NCBI GenBank assembly: GCA_965263295.1
Contig: OZ253665.1
Span: forward strand, 800,001-864,000
Origin: Spirochaetia bacterium
GTDB taxonomy: Bacteria; Spirochaetota; Spirochaetia; SP-2023
Reading direction: 5' to 3'
Length of the DNA stretch: 64,000 bases
The notes under the pieces were generated by a model, which worked only from the letters and a program-made list of their open reading frames with translations, did not search any database and had not been told where the DNA came from. The position numbers and the translations under genes were made by a program. Below, piece by piece: positions 50,430-59,190 of the stretch; position 1 is the stretch's first letter; each line of letters begins with the position of its first letter.

Positions 50430-51677
50430 TCAGTTGACGTTGCGGCGGCCTGAATTGAGGGATTTATTATTTGGCAAGTAGGCATTCTCCAGAAAGTAAG
50501 CAAGGGTGCGCAACGGTGCTACGTTTTGACAGATAATCTTAATGATGGAAAGCAGCGGAACGGCCAACAGCATCCCGGCTATGCCCCAGATATAAGCCCA
50601 TATATACAAGGATATCAAGATGAATACCGGACTCAGACGCAATCTGTCGCCTTGTAGTCTAGGTTCAACGAAGTTTCCCATGCAAAATTGAACTCCCCCC
50701 AGTAACAAAATTATGGCCAACAGGTGCGGCAGGTCATCGCTGAACTGAAGCAAGGCAAAAAGCATGACCAAAACCGTGTGCAGCAGTGAACCAATGTTGG
50801 GGATAAAGTTTAAGATAAAACCTAGGATTCCCCAGACCATCGGAAAATCCACCCCTAGCAACCATAAGCCTAGCCCGATCAGACTGCCCGTCAGCAGGCT
50901 GACTACCGTTTTTAGCAACAGATAAGAGCTAATCTGCTCTACGGAATGGCGATAAGCTGAAATGATGGCCTGACTCCTGTGCGGCGCGAAACAGCGCTCA
51001 ATGGTGGCCAAAAATGCCCGCCCTTCCAATAACATAAATAACAAGACAAGAAATGCTGTCAAGCCCAATGTCAAGCCTGAGGACAAAAAGCTAGAGATAC
51101 TGCCAGACATTGAGAGTAAAATACTGCTAGCCGTGTCGAATCCCTTGCTCAGGCTGTCCCAGTTGATGTAGCGCGAGATGTCTATGCCGCGCTGATCAGC
51201 CATTTGTGAAATCGTGTGCAGTAAAGACTGAAGCCTGATATAGTAGCTGGGTAGGGCTTGTAGCAGAGAATTAAAACTGGCCATGGAAAGGAGCAATAAA
51301 AGGGACAGGATCATTAGGTGAAAGGCAATTAGCACGACAGTGCAGCTCAGGCCGTAGGGCAGACCCCAATGGTTCAGGCGTTCAACCCAGGGGAATAACA
51401 TCATAAAAATCAAAATTCCCAGAACAATTGGTATGCTGAAGCTGGCCGTCAGCTTTAGCAGTGTCAGGCACAGGATCAGGACTAGAAAGGCAAGCAGGGA
51501 ATTGGTCAGGCCCAAGTGGCGCAACAATTGTGATTGCTCTCGTTGCACTTGAATTTGCGCTTGGTATATTTGCGCGTCTTCTGCCTTTTGTTGCAGCCGG
51601 CGCTGTTCATCCTGTTTTTTTAGCTCGCCAGACTGTCGGGCACGAGTGAAGGCGTCGGAAATAAAAGGTAGCTTCAA
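50430..51677 (-). CDS. AI-2E family transporter
   Basis: YLLLKT, LNFIPNIG, GNFVEPRLQG, WGIAGMLLAVPL. Confidence 0.88.
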   Translation of the reverse strand: MKLPFISDAFTRARQSGELKKQDEQRRLQQKAEDAQIYQAQIQVQREQSQLLRHLGLTNSLLAFLVLILCLTLLKLTASFSIPIVLGILIFMMLFPWVERLNHWGLPYGLSCTVVLIAFHLMILSLLLLLSMASFNSLLQALPSYYIRLQSLLHTISQMADQRGIDISRYINWDSLSKGFDTASSILLSMSGSISSFLSSGLTLGLTAFLVLLFMLLEGRAFLATIERCFAPHRSQAIISAYRHSVEQISSYLLLKTVVSLLTGSLIGLGLWLLGVDFPMVWGILGFILNFIPNIGSLLHTVLVMLFALLQFSDDLPHLLAIILLLGGVQFCMGNFVEPRLQGDRLRLSPVFILISLYIWAYIWGIAGMLLAVPLLSIIKIICQNVAPLRTLAYFLENAYLPNNKSLNSGRRNVN

Positions 51678-51735
51678 AATCTCTCCTTATCGCTCTCTAA
51701 TCATGTGAGCCGATGTGAGCCTTGGTGTATGCAGT

Positions 51736-53712
51736 TTAATTTGGCGGTGTGGTCGCCTTTTTTATAAAGCTACGCGCAAATAGTTTCAATAGTCGCCGCT
51801 GTTCTGCCGCGCTCCAAGCATCCTCTTTGCGCTGTCGCATTATCATTTCTAAATTATTGCTGTCAATACTCTCAAGCACTGTCCCTTTCGCGGAGAGCAA
51901 GTAGGCCTGCACTCGTTCTCTGCTCCACTGAATTTGTAATCGAAGTACGGGCGCGCTGGTATTGTCTATCAACTCGGCTCCAGAGCGCTTCAGATAAGCA
52001 CCTAGTTGCCGGACGATGCGTTGTTGCTCGGGGCGCTGCGCTACGCTGCCGCTGAGTTGCAACTGTAGGGGTAGGGCTATCCCCTCGTTCTTCAGGGCAG
52101 CCCGGTTAGAGCGGTAGGCCTGCAGCAAATCTTTAAAACGCTGTGCAGGTTCGTGCCGCAGTTTGCTTAATTCAATATAAGCTTGCTCTCTGTCCCCGGC
52201 ATCCCACTTCGGATCCAGCATTTTGATGCTTTGCTCTATCTTTGCGGCGTTGCGTTCTAATATTGCCTCTTTGAGTAGCAAGACCTCTTTTGAAGCCGGA
52301 ATCAGCGCCAAACTTTGCGTTTTTAATTCTTGAAAAAAACGCCGGCGCAATTGAGAACGATCGTCACTGGCTTCGTATAGCTTCTGACTGGAGTCTAGGG
52401 CGTTGCCCTGTTGATAATGTTCTTTGCCGACCTGGTAGGCGAGCAGTTTTTGTCTTACAGATGAATACCAATACAAGCAGCTGTATTTGAGTAAATCCCA
52501 GGTGCGTTGGAAGCTTTCGGCGGTATTGAGCGGTAACAACCAGATTTTTTCCTGACGCAACCCTTTATACAGGGCCGTTCGCAGCTTCATCAACTCTAAT
52601 TCAAAGTTCACAGGGTCGATGCTGTAGGAGGTCATCCATTCTGTTTGCTTGCGAAAACGCAGTTCCAGCTCGCGGAAAAATATCAGAGCTTCTTCGTTCT
52701 GTCCCTGCTCGATTGCCAATTGCACCAAATACAGCAGGGCCAATGGGCTAGGCCGCTGGCTCAACTCCTCCAGGCGTTGCGACTTGATGAAAGCCTCTCT
52801 GGCCTGGCCGAACTTGCGCTGTTGTAAATATAACTCACCCCGCAGCAACTCGTTGGAAGGGACAGAGTCATTTTCAATACTCTTTTCGTTGAACTCCATG
52901 GCCCGGTCAAAATGACGGAAATCGGTCTCTAGCAAGGCATAATTGTAATACACTAGCGCTCGCTGGTCCACGCTATTTTGCAAGTTGTGCAATATAGCTT
53001 CGTCATCGTTGCCGTAGTTATTCCCGCTGAATTGCGTGTAGGTCAAGGCCAGGCTCTGTTCGTAGGCCTTGCGCGACTCCTCGTAGTTATAGGCTGCCGA
53101 GTAAATAATGGCGAGGGTCATCATAATGGAACTGTTGCGTTGTTCTGGCGGGATGGCCAATATGCTCGCCTCAGCCTCGGCGTAACGGTGTAGCTTGTAC
53201 AACAACCAACCATTTTTGCGCCGGGCTTCATTGCGCTCGTAACCATTGCCAGAGCGCTCAAGGAGGCGGTAGCTTTCAACCGCTTCGGCATATTTGCCCA
53301 GGCGATCTTGTAGATTGGCGATGCGGAAGATATAGCGGCTGTTATTTGGCTGTAGCTGTTGGGCCCGTTGGAAGGACTCCAAACTCAGGTGCAACAAATT
53401 CTGCTGCTCATAAAGCTCTCCACTTAAAAAGTACAACAGGGCATTGCGCGGAAACTTTCGCTGGGCTTCTAGCAGCAATTTGAGTGCCAGATTGTAATTG
53501 CGCATCTGTTCGGCCGTGTCAATGCGCTCTAGATATTGCTCTAGCTCCCATTCAGAGGCACTTGAATCTTGGCCTTGCAATCTGGCTGCCGCCCCTGAAA
53601 AGGCCAAAAGGAAGATCCAGCATGATAAACCTAGTAAATATAACTGGGCACACTGTGAACGAGCCGCAGCAGCCCCGCTGTATTTTATGCTAAAAGCTGG
53701 CTTAATCTGCAT
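51736..53712 (-). CDS. Secreted TPR-repeat protein
   Basis: Signal-like N-terminus; several TPR patterns (A..F.RA..L.P, LG.Y.EA...Y). Confidence 0.75.
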   Translation of the reverse strand: MQIKPAFSIKYSGAAAARSQCAQLYLLGLSCWIFLLAFSGAAARLQGQDSSASEWELEQYLERIDTAEQMRNYNLALKLLLEAQRKFPRNALLYFLSGELYEQQNLLHLSLESFQRAQQLQPNNSRYIFRIANLQDRLGKYAEAVESYRLLERSGNGYERNEARRKNGWLLYKLHRYAEAEASILAIPPEQRNSSIMMTLAIIYSAAYNYEESRKAYEQSLALTYTQFSGNNYGNDDEAILHNLQNSVDQRALVYYNYALLETDFRHFDRAMEFNEKSIENDSVPSNELLRGELYLQQRKFGQAREAFIKSQRLEELSQRPSPLALLYLVQLAIEQGQNEEALIFFRELELRFRKQTEWMTSYSIDPVNFELELMKLRTALYKGLRQEKIWLLPLNTAESFQRTWDLLKYSCLYWYSSVRQKLLAYQVGKEHYQQGNALDSSQKLYEASDDRSQLRRRFFQELKTQSLALIPASKEVLLLKEAILERNAAKIEQSIKMLDPKWDAGDREQAYIELSKLRHEPAQRFKDLLQAYRSNRAALKNEGIALPLQLQLSGSVAQRPEQQRIVRQLGAYLKRSGAELIDNTSAPVLRLQIQWSRERVQAYLLSAKGTVLESIDSNNLEMIMRQRKEDAWSAAEQRRLLKLFARSFIKKATTPPN

Positions 53713-56503
53713 TTTCCATTTTCAAGGGAAAGCCGGCCTGCTGTAGAATATCTACAGTCTGGTCTTCTAGCTGTTTGACTTCCTCACTTTGCAAAGTGCC
53801 GTGGCGGTCCGCGAAAATACACTGCAGGGTTAGCCAGCGGGCTGCCGGCAATTCTTTGCCCGGGGCGGGGAAGATGGCGCGGACCAAGACTTTCTGCAAT
53901 AACTCTGTCATGCGCGGATACTTGACTGCGCCTTGTTCCAATGCCTCAATAGCTTGCGATGCCAGAGTCTGTGGCGGCACAAGCACCGTGCAGTCAAATT
54001 CCACACCCGGAAAACGTTGTAGCGCCCGAAACTGCACGTCCCGCTTGCGCGGCAACGGGCCGGTCTGTCCATGTCGTAAATCTTTGGGCGGCAATACCGG
54101 CCCGAATGGAAGACAAGCCATGGCGAGCTTACCTTTGAGTTTTAGCTCATGCAGCAGCGCCGGATGCACGCTAAACAGGTGAGCGCGGTTCAAAGCCAGA
54201 CAGTGCTCACCGGGTGTCGTTGTTTGCCACATTAAACGTTCGTAAGGGTGCACGGCATCCCAATCAGAGGGCAGGAAATCGGGCCAGGTCTCCCAACTGT
54301 TGCGCCAGTCCTGCCCCGGCTTGCGGGATCCGAGGCCAAGATGACGCAGCAGCCGTTGACACAGGTTGCGCAGCTCAAGAATCGGGTTGTCCTGTCTATC
54401 TTCGCTGTAGCTGCAGACCAGCAGTTGCCGTTGTTCCTCAGGGGCCAAAGGCAATGTCGCAGCCGAGTGATAACTGCGCCCCAGTTCAAAAATGCAGAAT
54501 TGACGCAAACGTTGACGATGGGCGTTGCGGCTAATCAGTTCCAGATGAGAAGGAATCAGGCTGGGACGCATGCGATCCTGGTCGGGATTTAATGGCTTGG
54601 CCAGGCACAAAGCCTCGTTGCGATCACTCCAGTGGGCCTGTTCCAGCAATTTGACTCCGATCAGCGGGTAGCTGAGGACTTCCTGGGCCCCGCCGTTCAA
54701 GGCCAGGAAATTGCGGATCTCGCGCTCCAAGTGCTGGTTTGCACTCAAGGAGCTGGGACGGATAGTCGTCAATGGCGAGGTGGGGATGATATTGTCAAAA
54801 CCGATGATGCGGCCCACTTCTTCAATTAGATCTTCTTCCAAGGAAATATCTTTACTGGTACGGAAACTGGGAACCTCCACTTGAATAGTCGCGCCGCGCG
54901 CGTCAATTCGGCTGCGAAAGCCCAAGTTTTCAAAAATCTGGCATACTAGTTGCTGTCCTTTATTCGATTCTTCGTCCGATTCTTTAGCCGATTCTTTGTC
55001 TAATGGGTAGCCCAAAGTCCGCGCGATCCGTGCTGTCGAAGTTTCCAAATGCAGACTCATGCCACCATCCCCGCCCCCGTCGCGGTCATCAGGGGCCTTG
55101 TAGTAGCTTTGTAGCTGGCCACAGACTTGCGCTTCCGGGTGGACTTCCTGCAACAGCTCAACCAAGCGCCACAGACTGCGCTCGATGGAATAGGGATCCA
55201 GTGATTTCTCGTAACGCAGCGATGACTCACTGCGCAAACCCAGGCGCATTGAGGTTTTATGCACGTCAGAAGAATTCCATACCGCCACTTCCAGCAAAAG
55301 GCGCTCGGTATTTTCGTCGACGCTGCTGTGCTGGCCGCCCATGATGCCCGCAATGACTTGAGGGCGAGCCGCGTCGGCCACGACGGTGTCGCCGGGCAAC
55401 AGATTGCGCTGCTGTTCGTCAAGGGTTTGGAAATTTTGGGCTTCTCGAAGGCGATAGACGCAAATCTTATCGCCCCTGAGCTGATCGCGATCGAAAATAT
55501 GATTGGGGATGCCCAATTCAAGCATGACGTAATTAGAGACATCGACCACGCTATTGATGACATTGACTCCGAGCAAGTGCAAACGCCGCTGCAGCCATTG
55601 CGGACTTTGGCCGACGCGGATACCGTCCACGGCCAAGGCGCAATACGAGAGGCAACTGCTTTCCGCTTCAATCTCCAGGCTCACGGGCGACGTATTGGGC
55701 GATGCACGGCTCGTATTCTGCAAGTTCCGCCGCGCGGCTAGCCATTCATCGTCGTAAGGGGCGCGGAATGGACTGGGACCATAGGGAATCAGTTTGCCGG
55801 GCCGAATACTGTCGAGCGCCTTGGCCGTGCTAGCAAAATCCGTATAAACCGGAAACACCGCGCCAAACTCGCGCGCAATACCGTATAGGCCCCACATGTC
55901 GGGGCGATGGGTCAAGGACTTGTTGTCCACGTCCAGGATGAATTCGATAGCGCCCGTCTCGTTGCCATTGAAGGTCAGGGATTCCCCAGGTTTGAGCAGG
56001 CGCGCCACAATTTCAGCAAAGCAGAGACCTAAAGGCAGTGAATGCTCGCCGACAAGTTGACTCAAGTCAATAATGCCTTCATGATTGTCGCTGATGCTAA
56101 GTTCTCGCTCGCTGCACAACATACCGCGCGAAAGCACGCCCATCACTTCCTTGTCTTTGAGGGTGAATGGCTCGCCGTTGTAGCCAGAACGCAGCTCCGT
56201 GCCCGCCGGGGCCCACAAGGTTTTCAGCCCGCTGTATAAATTGTCGGCCCCGCAAACCAGCTGCAGTTCCCCATTGCTAGTGGCAATGGTTGGCAACGAA
56301 AGCTTTTCGGCTTTGGGGTGGCGGTCGATACGCAGAACTTCTACCAGTTGGACTTGACTCCATAACTCAGGCAAAGTCGGATCAATGCAGGCGAGGACGC
56401 GTTCTACTTCACATGAGCCCAAAGTAAACCGGCGGCTAATTTCTGCAATGCTAAGGCTGGGCAACGGGCTATATTGGTCTATCCAGCTCAAGGGTATACG
56501 CAT
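53702..56503 (-). CDS. pheT: Phenylalanyl-tRNA synthetase beta subunit
   Basis: MRIPLSWI, HPKAEKL, VCGADN, SRGMLCSEREL, NSVVDVSNYVMLELG, IAGIMGG, EEDLIEEVGRIIG, MRPSL; start at ATG 56503. Confidence 0.93.
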   Translation of the reverse strand: MRIPLSWIDQYSPLPSLSIAEISRRFTLGSCEVERVLACIDPTLPELWSQVQLVEVLRIDRHPKAEKLSLPTIATSNGELQLVCGADNLYSGLKTLWAPAGTELRSGYNGEPFTLKDKEVMGVLSRGMLCSERELSISDNHEGIIDLSQLVGEHSLPLGLCFAEIVARLLKPGESLTFNGNETGAIEFILDVDNKSLTHRPDMWGLYGIAREFGAVFPVYTDFASTAKALDSIRPGKLIPYGPSPFRAPYDDEWLAARRNLQNTSRASPNTSPVSLEIEAESSCLSYCALAVDGIRVGQSPQWLQRRLHLLGVNVINSVVDVSNYVMLELGIPNHIFDRDQLRGDKICVYRLREAQNFQTLDEQQRNLLPGDTVVADAARPQVIAGIMGGQHSSVDENTERLLLEVAVWNSSDVHKTSMRLGLRSESSLRYEKSLDPYSIERSLWRLVELLQEVHPEAQVCGQLQSYYKAPDDRDGGGDGGMSLHLETSTARIARTLGYPLDKESAKESDEESNKGQQLVCQIFENLGFRSRIDARGATIQVEVPSFRTSKDISLEEDLIEEVGRIIGFDNIIPTSPLTTIRPSSLSANQHLEREIRNFLALNGGAQEVLSYPLIGVKLLEQAHWSDRNEALCLAKPLNPDQDRMRPSLIPSHLELISRNAHRQRLRQFCIFELGRSYHSAATLPLAPEEQRQLLVCSYSEDRQDNPILELRNLCQRLLRHLGLGSRKPGQDWRNSWETWPDFLPSDWDAVHPYERLMWQTTTPGEHCLALNRAHLFSVHPALLHELKLKGKLAMACLPFGPVLPPKDLRHGQTGPLPRKRDVQFRALQRFPGVEFDCTVLVPPQTLASQAIEALEQGAVKYPRMTELLQKVLVRAIFPAPGKELPAARWLTLQCIFADRHGTLQSEEVKQLEDQTVDILQQAGFPLKMENAD

Positions 56504-56642
56504 AGGGAAAACTCCTGGATATCTTTTCAATTTGAGGGCGTTGATTATGAAGAAATCAAAAGCCCGTTGCAAATACAGCAAATACGGCAAATACGGCAAA
56601 CACTCAATCAAAATAGGTCAGAATCGTTCTTTTCGTCCGATA

Positions 56643-57266
56643 ATGTATATTCTGTCTACTAAGTTTCGATGGCTTTGCCATCGTTTTTGTCATTGTTTTT
56701 GTCAATGCTTTTGCCTGGCCGGCGTCTTTTTGTTGTGCACTTGCTTCCTGGCCTGCGCCGGCAATGCCGGCATGCGGCCCATTAAAAGTCGAGTCGATAT
56801 TGCGCTAATCATTCCCAGTGAGTATGCGACCTTGAGTATGCGACTGCATGAAAATTACAATCTCTTGCGCCGGCGTGTCCGCCGCGAGCTGCGGGGGCGC
56901 CCCCGCTTGCAGCTGCACATGGTCACATGGCAAGAATTCCTGCGTAGCAATGCTTATGTCACTTATGATGCCATGATTTACATTGGTTTGTATCGGCACA
57001 TACCATCTGACCTGGCCAATAGCCTGAGCAACCGGCTCGGACGCGGCTTCCTAGAAATGCTTGACTCGCCGGTGTTTAGCCGCTTCAGGCCGCCTAGGCG
57101 CTTTATCTGGCTGCTTTTCGATGAAGCGGCGCTTCTCGATCAGTACCGCCTGCGATATCCGGACAGCTTTTTTGTCACGACGAATACCGGTGCCGAAGCC
57201 CTGCGCGAAGTTTTCGGAAAAAATCTCTATCAATTTTTAGAGCGCCTGCAGGAATTTTACCGCTGA
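56643..57266 (+). CDS. Hypothetical protein, possible lipoprotein with Cys-rich signal region
   Basis: ATG 56643; WLCHRFCHCFCQCFCLAGVFLLCTCFLAC followed by an alpha/beta-like body. Confidence 0.5.
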   Translation: MYILSTKFRWLCHRFCHCFCQCFCLAGVFLLCTCFLACAGNAGMRPIKSRVDIALIIPSEYATLSMRLHENYNLLRRRVRRELRGRPRLQLHMVTWQEFLRSNAYVTYDAMIYIGLYRHIPSDLANSLSNRLGRGFLEMLDSPVFSRFRPPRRFIWLLFDEAALLDQYRLRYPDSFFVTTNTGAEALREVFGKNLYQFLERLQEFYR

Positions 57267-57303
57267 GTGCCATTTCGTGGGAAGTCGCGGGAAGTCGTAG
57301 AGA

Positions 57304-58398
57304 ATGACGAAAAAAATTGCTGTTGGCCCTTTTGACGAATTTGGCCACTTTGCCTTAGAGACTTTTCCACCGCATTTTGCGCTTGCGCGCATGCCATTGG
57401 CAGAATTTGATTTTGTTGATACCCATCAAATAATTCCATCCACCCTTGAAACGACAAGCTTGTCATTCTGGCACCGTCGTCGCCTGGCCCACAGCTGCCG
57501 CATTCTGAATTTGCCCGCCCCGACCGAACTTTTATGGCGCGAATTGGCAGAACTGCGAAAATATTTACATGCGCCAGGAAATATTTTAGAAGCGGAAATC
57601 TTCAGTCTGCGTTATTTTGGCTGCAAGGCAGCCCTTGCGACCTGGTTGTCGGGGCCCGCGGCCCCAGCGGCCGCAGCGATTGCCCATCGAGGCGAGAATT
57701 ATTTATTGCTGCGTCGCCCCAACCCCTATACATTTCCCCATGTATTTTCCCATGCATTTTCCGGCTCGGACTTTTGTTATCTGGGGCGCGTGGGCGTTGC
57801 GCCCGAGCTGCGCAACGAGCTGCCCAACGGACGGAATCGCCTGTGGCGAGCCAAGTGCCAGGCACAAGTGGCATTGTCCGAGAGGCTCGGCCGCTGGCGG
57901 CACGCAAGCCCCGAACTGGCGTCTTGCGACGACTTGCTGATTTTCACGCAGCAGAGAGAAGGACAATCGCCCATGCTGCTTGAAGGCTGCAAAACTAATG
58001 TATTTTTGCTCTTTTGGAATCGGCAGGCACGACGCTTGCACTTGCACACGCCACGTTGTACTTCCAGGCACTTCCTGCACAGTGGCACAACCCGGAATTG
58101 GCTTTGCCACAATTACAAGCGGGTTCCTGGCCTGGAACTGGTTCAGCGGGATCTCAGCCTGGAGGACATGCTCAGTGCGGACGGGTTGTTGCTTTGTAAT
58201 GCCGCGATGGGTTTGCGCCTGGTGCGAGAGTTAAGGCTGCCCACTCGCGCCAATGTCGTTAATCCCACTAATTTTACAAATCTTAACGGGCAATTACGGC
58301 ATTTTAACCTGGGAGGCCAGACCATGATGGACCCGTTTGCAGCCGCTTTTAAGATATTGAGGCAGTTGCTCTGCCTGTACTGGAATACCCAGTTTTAA
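57304..58398 (+). CDS. Divergent class IV PLP aminotransferase-like protein (PabC-like)
   Basis: LLEG..TNVF, LH(S)GTTR and L.LEDM..AD.L.LCNA..G match class IV motifs. Confidence 0.6.
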   Translation: MTKKIAVGPFDEFGHFALETFPPHFALARMPLAEFDFVDTHQIIPSTLETTSLSFWHRRRLAHSCRILNLPAPTELLWRELAELRKYLHAPGNILEAEIFSLRYFGCKAALATWLSGPAAPAAAAIAHRGENYLLLRRPNPYTFPHVFSHAFSGSDFCYLGRVGVAPELRNELPNGRNRLWRAKCQAQVALSERLGRWRHASPELASCDDLLIFTQQREGQSPMLLEGCKTNVFLLFWNRQARRLHLHTPRCTSRHFLHSGTTRNWLCHNYKRVPGLELVQRDLSLEDMLSADGLLLCNAAMGLRLVRELRLPTRANVVNPTNFTNLNGQLRHFNLGGQTMMDPFAAAFKILRQLLCLYWNTQF

Positions 58399-58444
58399 AA
58401 CTGAATCAAAAGCTAAATAAAAATAGCTGGCAAAATATATTCTC

Positions 58445-58472
58445 TTGACATTTGATGGCTTTATGATATGCT
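58445..58472 (+). promoter_or_regulatory. Putative sigma70 promoter
   Basis: TTGACA-16 nt-TATGCT with an extended TG. Confidence 0.5.
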
Positions 58473-58477
58473 GAGCT

Positions 58478-58704
58478 TATCATGTTTATGCCTCGCCGCG
58501 ATTTTTGCCCCCTTCAGATTCTCAATGTTTGCCGTGTCTCCATGCCTCAAGTCATGCTTCAGATTATGGGTGGTTTTCGTATGGGTCATGTGGGAATATT
58601 TTGCAACTTTGCAATTCTGCCTAGGTGGCTTTGTCGTGATTGAGAGCGGTTGAACCGAGTTCTGAATTGAAACGAAGCCACCTCTAAAAGAGGTGGCTTT
58701 TTTT
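58478..58704 (+). ncRNA. Candidate small RNA or leader RNA (unassigned)
   Basis: About 225 nt between a promoter and a strong terminator; complementary TTCAGA/TCTGAA and TCTCAAT/ATTGAGA segments near its ends; no family signature recognised. Confidence 0.3.
58675..58704 (+). terminator. Rho-independent terminator
   Basis: AAGCCACCTCT-AAA-AGAGGTGGCTT followed by a T run. Confidence 0.85.
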
Positions 58705-58756
58705 GGGGCCAAAAATTTTAAAAAGAAAATTTCAAAAAATATTAAGGAGCTGAGAG

Positions 58757-59104
58757 ATGGAAGCCAAAAGACGAATTTGGTACCGTGATGTCACGGCAAC
58801 AGAGGCCTTGTGCCATTGTGGGCAATGGAAAAATCATTGGCTGCGGCACGCACAAAGGGAGTGGCCGCACTTGTGTTGCGTAAAGTCGTGTGTCGACCCG
58901 GCGGAGCAAGCTATTGTCTTGCAGCCGGTAAAGCTGTTTGCCCGCAAAGAACGTTACGTCGTACCCGTCTGTGTGGAGTGCAGCATCCGGCACAGACGCT
59001 TTTTCGATTGGGAACCCAATACGGTATTGGTGCCTCTAAATCCGCAACTGCCTTGCCAAGCTTACGATGAAGCACAGGCAGAGTCGCGGGCTAAAATAGC
59101 CTAG
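58757..59104 (+). CDS. Small Cys-rich hypothetical protein, probably metal-binding
   Basis: AAGGAG RBS; CHCGQWKNHW...CCVKSC...YVVPVCVEC. Confidence 0.65.
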   Translation: MEAKRRIWYRDVTATEALCHCGQWKNHWLRHAQREWPHLCCVKSCVDPAEQAIVLQPVKLFARKERYVVPVCVECSIRHRRFFDWEPNTVLVPLNPQLPCQAYDEAQAESRAKIA

Positions 59105-59120
59105 AATAGCTAGAGATATC

Positions 59121-59171
59121 GGCATCCCTCAAAATCAGGCCTAAAACTGCGCCTGGCTTTGAGGGGGTGCC
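59121..59171. terminator. Hairpin between convergent genes
   Basis: GGCATCCCTCAAAATCAGGC ... GCCTGGCTTTGAGGGGGTGCC imperfect inverted repeat. Confidence 0.6.
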
Positions 59172-59190
59172 CCCAAAGATTCAATAAAGA

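Noticed and set aside
56385..56642. Upstream extensions of pheT (to 56611) and of the 56385 ORF
   Set aside because: They would overlap head to head; the conserved PheT start MRIPLSW is at 56503
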